Below, in pieces: positions 44,515 to 51,052 of a stretch of DNA of 64,000 bases. Source of the stretch: an uncultured Acidobacteriota bacterium. GTDB taxonomy: Bacteria > Acidobacteriota > Terriglobia > Terriglobales > Acidobacteriaceae. The stretch lies in NCBI GenBank assembly GCA_963754885.1, contig CAVWHT010000041.1:24441-88440 (forward strand). The letters run 5' to 3'. The notes under the pieces were generated by a model, which was not told the origin of the DNA, made no database searches, and was given only the letters and a program-made list of their open reading frames with translations. Position 1 is the stretch's first letter. Every line of letters starts with the position of its first letter. The position numbers and the translations under genes were made by a program.

Positions 44515-44928
44515 ATGAATCGTACTTATGAGCTGATGTTTATCGTCCGGCCGGATATGACGGACGAGGATCTGGACAAACTGATTTCGACGCTGCAGTC
44601 GGTTGTGCCCCCCTCGGGCGGCACAGTGGTGCGGGTCGACAAGATGGGCAAGAGACGCCTGGCCTACACCGTGCGGCGGTTTCATGACGGCATTTACGTC
44701 CTCATGGTCGTCGAGGGCGGAGGGCCGGTTATGCACGAACTGGAGCGCCGGTTGCGCGTGACCGAGCCGGTGATCAAGTTCCTGACCGTGCGCGTGGACG
44801 AAGAGCAGAAGCGGCTCGCCAAGATCAAGGCGCTGCGTGATGCGAAAAAGAAAGTAAGCGCGCAGCCGGCAGCAGCGGCTCCGGAAGAGGCGGCAGCGCC
44901 TGCCGCGGAAGCTCCAGCGACAGCGTAG
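44515..44928 (+). CDS. rpsF: 30S ribosomal protein S6
   Basis: GGAG 44505..44508 then ATG 44515; MNRTYELMFIVRPDMTDEDLDKLI...GKRRLAY. Confidence 0.95.
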   Translation: MNRTYELMFIVRPDMTDEDLDKLISTLQSVVPPSGGTVVRVDKMGKRRLAYTVRRFHDGIYVLMVVEGGGPVMHELERRLRVTEPVIKFLTVRVDEEQKRLAKIKALRDAKKKVSAQPAAAAPEEAAAPAAEAPATA

Positions 44929-44930
44929 AG

Positions 44931-45019
44931 CGAGTGGTCAGTGGCTAGTGGCCAGTGACCCGGGCTCGTTCCCTACTGCGATTTTTGACTGGCCACTGAT
45001 CACCGATCCCTGGCCACTG
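44931..45019 (+). repeat. Stuttered-word hairpin (CAGTGG words)
   Basis: 10-bp perfect core agtggccagt / actggccact (44945..44954 with 44986..44995), extended to 24 positions (18 WC, 3 G.U, 3 mismatches). Ends 4 nt before the rpsR RBS. Confidence 0.8.
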
Positions 45020-45033
45020 ACTTAAGGAGAATT

Positions 45034-45412
45034 ATGGCTGACGAAACAAAAGCACCGGAGCAACAAGCGGCACCGGCCCCCAGCGAGCGTCCGCGGTCGG
45101 ACGGGCCTCGGCCCGGGCGGAGATCGTCCGCGATTTGGTGGCGGCGGGCGCGGTCCCGGAGGGCCTCCGCGCGAAGGCGGCGGCGGACGGAAATTTTTCC
45201 GGCGCAAGAAAGTGTGCAAGTTCTGCACCGAGAAAATCGAAGACATCAATTACAAGGACTACCGGCTGCTCGGGCAGTTCGTGGCCGAGAGCGGCAAGAT
45301 CGTGCCGCGGCGGCTGACCGGCGTCTGCGCGCCCCACCAGCACCGGCTGTCATCGGCCATCAAGCAGGCGCGGAACATCGCGCTGCTGCCGTTCGCGGGA
45401 AGAGCGTCGTAA
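45034..45412 (+). CDS. rpsR: 30S ribosomal protein S18, apparent 1-nt frame disruption in the G/R-rich N-terminal extension
   Basis: AAGGAGA 45024..45030 + ATG 45034 opens one frame ([20 protein letters not shown]...). The conserved core [65 protein letters not shown] is in the frame of track ORF 45212..45412. The span is 379 nt = 3n+1. Confidence 0.85.
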
Positions 45413-45423
45413 AAAACCATTAG

Positions 45424-45504
45424 CCACGGATTTGCACGGATCCCCACGGATAAGGCTTTTTCAACGATTTTGGTTTATCCGTGATGATCCGCGTGAATCC
45501 GTGG
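45424..45504 (+). repeat. Stuttered-word hairpin (CACGGA words)
   Basis: 30-nt arms ccacggatttgcacggatccccacggataa / ttatccgtgatgatccgcgtgaatccgtgg: 25 WC + 2 G.U + 3 mismatches, 21-nt loop. Confidence 0.85.
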
Positions 45505-45530
45505 CAAAGAATTCTGAAACGGAGTCATCC

Positions 45531-45986
45531 ATGGAAGTCATTCTGAAAGAAGATGTAGCGAAGCTGGGATCGCGCGGCGATGTGGTGAAGGTCGCGGAAG
45601 GATACGGGCGGAATTATCTTCTGCCGCGCAAGCTGGCCATCCAGGCCAATGAGAGCAACAAGGCCGTCATCGTGCAGATGAAGGCCGCCGCGGTGCGGCG
45701 TTCGGCCAAAGAGAAGGCCCAGGCCGAGGAACTGGCCAAGCAGTTCGAAGGCGCGTCGGTGTCGTTCACACGCAAGTCGGGCGAGCACGATCAGCTGTTC
45801 GGATCGGTCACCTCGGGCGACCTAGCCGATGCACTGACCAAGAAGGGCTTCAACGTGGACCGCCGCAAGATCCAACTGCACGAGCCGCTGAAGACCGTGG
45901 GCGAGTTCACCGTGCCGGTCAAGCTGCACAAGGACGTAACCGCGCACCTGAAGGTCGTAATCGAGAAGGAAGCGGTTACAGAGTAG
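45531..45986 (+). CDS. rplI: 50S ribosomal protein L9
   Basis: GGAG 45521..45524 then ATG 45531; MEVILKEDVAKLGSRGDVVKVAEGYGRNYLLPRKLA. The upstream 33 codons of the track ORF are the hairpin read as protein. Confidence 0.95.
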   Translation: MEVILKEDVAKLGSRGDVVKVAEGYGRNYLLPRKLAIQANESNKAVIVQMKAAAVRRSAKEKAQAEELAKQFEGASVSFTRKSGEHDQLFGSVTSGDLADALTKKGFNVDRRKIQLHEPLKTVGEFTVPVKLHKDVTAHLKVVIEKEAVTE

Positions 45987-45992
45987 TCGTAG

Positions 45993-46042
45993 CGCCGCCG
46001 TCCCGGCGGCTGTCCCGGCGGGCGTCTCGCCCGCCGCTGTGC
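45993..46042. repeat. REP-like double hairpin flanked by the 9-bp direct repeat TAGTCGTAG
   Basis: gccgccg-tcc-cggcggc (45994..46010) and cggcgggcg-tct-cgcccgccg (46016..46036). Direct repeats at 45984..45992 and 46043..46051. Confidence 0.75.
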
Positions 46043-46302
46043 TAGTCGTAGACTCTGCTGCGATGGGCAATGCGCGTTATACTCACGCGCCGAGCTGTAT
46101 CGTCGACAATGTATACAACGCGCCAGTCGCCGATGCGGATCCGCCACTGATCTCTATAGCCCTTCAGCTTTTTGCATCCTGCGGGTCGTGGATCTTCCGT
46201 CAGAGATTCGATTTTCCTGACTACACGCGCCAGCACCGTGTCAGGTAAAGTTTCCAGTTCTTTTCGCGCTGAAGTCTTGAACTCGACGGCATAGCTATCC
46301 AC
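46042..46302 (-). CDS. relE: Type II toxin, RelE/ParE family mRNA interferase
   Basis: 86 aa; ...LPDTVLARVVRKIESLTEDPRPAGCKKLKGYRDQWRIRIGDWRVVYIVDD... is a typical RelE/StbE fold pattern. Confidence 0.85.
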   Translation of the reverse strand: MDSYAVEFKTSARKELETLPDTVLARVVRKIESLTEDPRPAGCKKLKGYRDQWRIRIGDWRVVYIVDDTARRVSITRIAHRSRVYD

Positions 46303-46486
46303 GAAGCCGCCCGCGCTTCACGAGGTCTGCCTTCACCTTTTGCAACGATGTTCCTGATTCTTTGCGACGGGATTCAGAGATCAGGCCGTCCCAAAAATCT
46401 CGAAGACGGGATCCGTGCTTCTTCAGGTCGATAAGAACGGCGACCTTGCGGCCTTTGCCATCGGTGACGAATTGCACTCCGGTCAT
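46295..46486 (-). CDS. Putative cognate antitoxin (63 aa), family not recognised
   Basis: 8-nt overlap with the relE start; small and charged. The position is typical of an antitoxin. Confidence 0.55.
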   Translation of the reverse strand: MTGVQFVTDGKGRKVAVLIDLKKHGSRLRDFWDGLISESRRKESGTSLQKVKADLVKRGRLRG

Positions 46487-46936
46487 GACCCTATTTTCCC
46501 ATATGCACCTGAACTACTTCTAGGTACGGTCCACCGTGCGGGCCGCTCGTCTCAAGTTGTGTGTTCTCAGCGACGGACAAAACGGGCACTTTCCTTGCCA
46601 AATCACCTGCCCATCCTTGTCCCCCAATGTTCTGTTTCCCCCTAACTCCCTGCCCGAGAATCACCTAGGCCCCCACAAAATCCCTGTAACGCCTATAATT
46701 TCTGCTCACGGATCGGGGGATTCTCCGTCTATTCCTGTGCAAGCCCGGAAGACATCAAAGCCGGGCAGGTAGAGGACATAGCCGAAATGCCGGCCGATGC
46801 TTGGTGTATATCACTTGCGGTTGGCGGACAGGCCCACTCGAGAGAGAGTGAGTTAACGGAGAGAGTTGGTAGTCGAGCAGCTCGGGAACTTCACGAAAAC
46901 GAAGCTCGAGAAAACCAGGACCCCGCGCGGGGCCGC

Positions 46937-47530
46937 ATGGCTGGGCAAGAACGCCGTATCGATGACACGATGTTGATCCGCGAAGCGCAGCGGGGAAACC
47001 GCGCCGCCTTCGAGGAACTTGTGCGCCACTACGACCAGGCGGTGCTGCGGCTCGCTCTTCATCTCACCGGAACTGAACACGACGCGCAGGACGTGTATCA
47101 GGACGCCTTTCTCAAGGCCTATAAGAACATCGGTAATTTCCGGTTCGAGTGTTCCTTCTACACATGGATTTACCGGATCGTGACCAATTTGTGTCTCGAT
47201 CACCTGCGCAAAAAGACCGTGCGCAAAGAAGATGCGCCGGTGGCGAAGGATCCTGACGGCGGCGAGTACGACCTGCTCGATCAGGTGCCGGATGGACGGG
47301 CGGGGGCGAATCCGGAGCGCGATTTGATGCGGCGGCAGTTGGGCGCGCGGATTGCCGGAGCGCTGGAGAAGCTTACGCCGCGCGAACGGATGGTGTTCGA
47401 GCTGAAGCATTATCACGGATTGAAGCTGCGCACCGTGGGTGAGATTTTGCATACGACGGAAGAGACCGCCAAGAATACGCTCTTCCGGGCCACGCAGAAA
47501 TTGCGCGGAGCGCTGGCGGATATGAGATAG
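46937..47530 (+). CDS. ECF-type RNA polymerase sigma-70 family factor
   Basis: Start taken at MAGQERRIDDTMLIREAQRGNRAAFEELVRHY. Region 2 (DVYQDAFLKAY) and region 4 (LTPRERMVFELKHYHGLKLRTVGEIL). Confidence 0.9.
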   Translation: MAGQERRIDDTMLIREAQRGNRAAFEELVRHYDQAVLRLALHLTGTEHDAQDVYQDAFLKAYKNIGNFRFECSFYTWIYRIVTNLCLDHLRKKTVRKEDAPVAKDPDGGEYDLLDQVPDGRAGANPERDLMRRQLGARIAGALEKLTPRERMVFELKHYHGLKLRTVGEILHTTEETAKNTLFRATQKLRGALADMR

Positions 47531-47614
47531 CAATGAGTTATGAGCTATGAGCTATCAACCCGAAGACTCCGGGATTGGATCGCTCGCTGCTCATCGCTCG
47601 GAGCTCACAGCTCG
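47522..47614 (+). repeat. Stuttered-word hairpin (ATGAGC / GCTCA words)
   Basis: The left arm atgagatagcaatgagttatgagctatgagctat spans the sigma stop codon. The right arm gatcgctcgctgctcatcgctcggagctcacagctcg ends 11 nt before the anti-sigma ATG. Confidence 0.75.
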
Positions 47615-47625
47615 AAGGTGCAACT

Positions 47626-48573
47626 ATGAAGTGTGAATGGGTTCGAGAAAATATTGTGCTCCACGTTTACGGCGAACTGGCTGACGATGTCCGCCACGAA
47701 CTGGAGCAGCATGTGTCCCGCTGCGCGGACTGCGCAGCCGAACTGAAGGCGGAGCAGGATTTTCATACTCTGCTGCTCGAGGATCGCGCGGGCGATCCAT
47801 TGCTCAACGATCCGGCGCCGAATCTGCTGGCGTCTTCGCGCATGCGCCTGCAGGAGGCGCTGGAGACCGCGCCGCAGGGTACCTTCTGGAGCCGGCTGCC
47901 CTTCGATCCGGTGGATTGGCTGCGGCAGGTACGGTTCTCGCCGGCACTGGCCTCGGTCATTCTGATTCTCGGCTTCGCCGGCGGAGTTGGGACAGCCTAC
48001 AAAATCTACGGGGCGCACCCAATCACCATCGCCGGCACTCCGATTGTCACACCTGTTCCCGCTTCCATTTCCGGCATTGATTCGGTAACTCCACTCCCCG
48101 GCACCGACCAGGTCAGCATCAAGTACAACACGGTTTCGACACAGGAAGCGCAGGGATCGCTGAACGATCAGAAGATCCAGCAACTGCTGCTGTACGCGGC
48201 CCGCAATAACTACAATTCTGGCGTGCGCGTGGATTCGGTCGACTTGCTGGCACAGCGATCGGGCGACATGCAGGTGCGGGAAGCGTTGATCTATGCGCTG
48301 CAGAACGACACTAATCCGGGCGTGCGGCTGAAATCGCTGACCGCGCTGGGCAATTATGTGAAGACCGACACCAATGTGCGCGATGCCGTGCTGCGGGCGC
48401 TGGTGAACGATACGAATTCGGGAGTACGCATTGAAGCGCTGCGTTTGATCGAGCCGGCGAAAGCCGATGGCAGCGTGCGCGGCGTGCTGATGGCGCTGGC
48501 GGCGAAGGACCAGAGCACGTACATCAAGTCGCAGGCCCGCACCATGCTGGCGCAGTTGCCGGAGATTGATTAA
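47626..48573 (+). CDS. Anti-sigma factor (zf-HC2) with TM segment and C-terminal HEAT-like repeats
   Basis: MKCEWVRENIVLHVYGEL...HVSRCADCAAEL; TM ALASVILILGFAGGVG; repeats NSGVRVDSVDLL / NPGVRLKSLTAL / NSGVRIEALRLI. Confidence 0.8.
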   Translation: MKCEWVRENIVLHVYGELADDVRHELEQHVSRCADCAAELKAEQDFHTLLLEDRAGDPLLNDPAPNLLASSRMRLQEALETAPQGTFWSRLPFDPVDWLRQVRFSPALASVILILGFAGGVGTAYKIYGAHPITIAGTPIVTPVPASISGIDSVTPLPGTDQVSIKYNTVSTQEAQGSLNDQKIQQLLLYAARNNYNSGVRVDSVDLLAQRSGDMQVREALIYALQNDTNPGVRLKSLTALGNYVKTDTNVRDAVLRALVNDTNSGVRIEALRLIEPAKADGSVRGVLMALAAKDQSTYIKSQARTMLAQLPEID

Positions 48574-48580
48574 GAAAGTT

Positions 48581-48607
48581 CGGCGAGGGCGGGACGCCGG
48601 CGCTACG
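48581..48607. repeat. REP-like short hairpin (GGGACGCCGGCGCTAC family)
   Basis: cggcg-agggcggga-cgccg then gcgctac. Confidence 0.6.
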
Positions 48608-48630
48608 AAGTGAGAAATGAGGTGGATCAT

Positions 48631-49830
48631 TTGAAACGCGCGCTACAGATCGTTGGTCTGGCTGGAGTACTGGCCCTCCTGGCGCCGCTGGCCGTGGCGC
48701 AGGACATTCATGTGTCCCGCGAAGGCGGAACCTGGGGACAGGAGATTACAGGCTCACTGGCTGCGGTAAAGAACTTAAGAGTGAAAGTCGATATGGGCTC
48801 GGTCGTGGTGCGAGGCGGGCAAGAGCAGGGCATCCATTATGTGGTTCATACGCATTTCGATAATTCGTCGGAGGAAGAAGCCCGCCGCCAGTTCGACAAG
48901 TTCAAAATCAGCGCCTATGTGAAAGGCGACACGGCGTGGATCGTGGGCGATTGGCAGGGAGGGCACCGTCCGCGACATTTTTCGGGCGAATTCTCCATCA
49001 ACGTTCCCCGCGAGATTGCGCTGGTGAAACTCGAGACCGAAGGCGGCAACGTTGACGCGTCAGGTCTGGCCGGGCGGGTGGAAGCCGAAAGCGGTGGCGG
49101 CAGCCTGAAACTTGACGACATCGGCGCTGGCGCATACGCCGAAACCGGGGGCGGCTCGATCGAAGTTGGAACCGTGGGCGGCGATCTGGGACTGCACACC
49201 GGCGGTGGTTCGATCGAAGTGCGCCACGCCAATGGTAAAGTCGTGGCGGAAACCGGCGGCGGCAGCGTGCGCATCTTTGCGGGCGCGCAGGGTGCAACCG
49301 TGGAAACTGGTGGCGGCAGCATTGAAGTGCATCGGTGCTCCGGTACGGTCAAGGCGTCCACCGGCGGCGGCAGCGTAGATCTAAGCGATCTCGACGGTCC
49401 CGTGGATATTTCGACCGGAGGCGGCAGCATCCGGCTGACTTCCGCCAAGGGTCATGTCCATGCGGAGACCGGCGGAGGAGGAATTGAACTTTACGGCGTC
49501 CCGTCGGCGCGGGCAGAAACCGGCGCGGGCGGGATCACGGTGAAGCTGGTGAACACGGGTAGCGAGCGGCATGATTCGGATCTTGAAACCGGCGCGGGCG
49601 ACATCACCGTTTACATCGCTGCAGATGTAGCCATCAACGTTCGCGCCAGCGTCGATATGGGGAACGGGCATCGCATCACATCGGACTTCCCCGACATACA
49701 CGTTCACAGCGAAGGCGATCAGTGGGGGCCGAAGACGCTGACTGCCGAAGGTGCGCTGAACGGCGGCGGACCTACGCTGAAAGTTCACACTTCGACCGGA
49801 GATATCTGTATCAGGCGGGCCAGCCGGTAA
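48631..49830 (+). CDS. DUF4097-type beta-strand repeat protein (putative adhesin)
   Basis: GAGGTGG then TTG 48631; signal (M)KRALQIVGLAGVLALLAPLAVAQ. About 10 periodic ETGGGSI(E/R)V units. Confidence 0.8.
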   Translation: MKRALQIVGLAGVLALLAPLAVAQDIHVSREGGTWGQEITGSLAAVKNLRVKVDMGSVVVRGGQEQGIHYVVHTHFDNSSEEEARRQFDKFKISAYVKGDTAWIVGDWQGGHRPRHFSGEFSINVPREIALVKLETEGGNVDASGLAGRVEAESGGGSLKLDDIGAGAYAETGGGSIEVGTVGGDLGLHTGGGSIEVRHANGKVVAETGGGSVRIFAGAQGATVETGGGSIEVHRCSGTVKASTGGGSVDLSDLDGPVDISTGGGSIRLTSAKGHVHAETGGGGIELYGVPSARAETGAGGITVKLVNTGSERHDSDLETGAGDITVYIAADVAINVRASVDMGNGHRITSDFPDIHVHSEGDQWGPKTLTAEGALNGGGPTLKVHTSTGDICIRRASR

Positions 49831-49834
49831 AAGA

Positions 49835-49904
49835 AGTGGTCAGTGGCTAGTGGTCAGTGGCAGACTGACTACTGCTTGCTGACCGCTGGCCACTGGCTAC
49901 TGCC
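49835..49904 (+). repeat. Stuttered-word hairpin (CAGTGG words)
   Basis: agtggtcagtggctagtggtcagtggcag ... ctgaccgctggccactggctactgcc, ending 3 nt before the next RBS. Confidence 0.7.
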
Positions 49905-49912
49905 AACGAGGA

Positions 49913-51035
49913 ATGAAAATGCGCAACTACATTCTGATCAGCATCGCGGTGGTGCCGTTGCTTCTCACCTTTTCGCACGCCGCGCAGAACTCGACCTCGG
50001 GCCCGCCGGGACAGAATTGGATATTCTCCAGCGAGGACAGCGGCACCAGTTCGTACCTCGGCGTCGACATCGCTGACGTCACGAGCGAGCGGCTGGGCGC
50101 GTTAAAGTTGAAAGAAGAAAAGGGCGTGGAAGTGACGATGGTTGACCAGGACGCTCCGGCGGGCAAGGCCGGCATCAAGGAGCACGAACGTCATTCTCAC
50201 CATGAACGGAACGTCGATCGAGAGCGAAGCGCAACTGCGGCGGATGATTCACGAAACGCCGCCGGGGCGCATCGTGACCCTGGGCCTGAGCCGCGATGGG
50301 CAGCCCATGTCAGTGAAGGTACAGCTCGCGGACAAGCACAAGGAATTTGCTTGGGACGGTCCCAAGCCGGGCGACATCCACGTGCACATTCCCGAGGTCC
50401 ATGTGCCCGATATCGACATTCCTTCGATCAACATGGTCGTGGTCACGTCTTCGGCACGCAGCGGATTGATGGTGGAAAACATCACGCCGCAGCTGGGTGA
50501 ATTTTTTGGCGTAAAGAATGGCACGGGCGTGCTGGTACGCTCCGTGGAAAAAGGCAGCCGGGCCGAGAAGGCGGGCTTTCGCGCCGGCGATGTCATCGTC
50601 AAAGTGAACGATCAACTGGTGCACGATACTAGCGACTTCGCGCACGGGGTGCGATCGCGCAACACAAACTCCGTCAACGTTCTCGTAATGCGCGACCGAA
50701 AAGAGCAGACCCTTACGCTCTCTCTGCCGGATCGAAGCGATTCCAGCAAGCTCCTCGACATCGAAGACGATGAAGATGCGCTGGCGGACGCCGAGGCTTA
50801 TTACGACATCGCTGAAATGCAGAAGGAAATAGCAAAGGTTCGGCCTGATATGGAAATTGCCGTCCAAGAGGCTGGCAAGGCCGAGCAGGCAGTTCGCGAA
50901 TCTCTCTGTCAGGCGCAAAAGGAAATTAAGCATCCGTCCGAACGCCAGCGAAAGCAGTTCAAGAAGCAGCAGGAAGAGTTGATGAAGCAACTGGAACAGA
51001 TGCGCCAGGTGCGCGGATTTCCTCTGGATCTGTAA
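49913..51035 (+). CDS. Secreted double-PDZ-domain protein, interrupted by a 1-nt frameshift at ~50187
   Basis: Signal MKMRNYILISIAVVPLLLTFSHA. PDZ-1 ...VEVTMVDQDAPAGKAGIKEH | (D)VILTMNGTSIESEAQL continues in the frame of track ORF 50142..51035. PDZ-2 GVLVRSVEKGSRAEKAGFRAGDVIVKVN. Confidence 0.75.
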
Positions 51036-51052
51036 GGCGGCGAGCGAGCCGG

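Noticed and set aside
45100-45125. Programmed ribosomal frameshift in rpsR
   Set aside because: There is no slippery heptamer or downstream stimulator and no precedent known to me. Many other indels in the same window favour sequence error.
45034-45423. 129-aa ORF as a genuine protein
   Set aside because: Only its first ~28 codons are plausible. The remainder is the S18 gene read out of frame (R/A-rich).
47605-48630. 341-aa - strand ORF
   Set aside because: Antisense to the anti-sigma gene, whose zf-HC2 and HEAT-like repeats are clear; R/Q/H-rich.
41518-49904. CRISPR-like interpretation of the short tandem repeats
   Set aside because: The units are 6-9 nt with no unique spacers, at most ~5 units per arm. 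They are always paired with a reverse-complement arm, and no cas genes are present.
14241-50190. Shared GAACGTC context of two frameshifts as a methylation-motif (GACGTC) linked systematic error
   Set aside because: Intact GACGTC sites (e.g. around 17840 and 54366) and a legitimate in-frame GAACGTC (around 52490) exist in the window, so two cases do not make a pattern.
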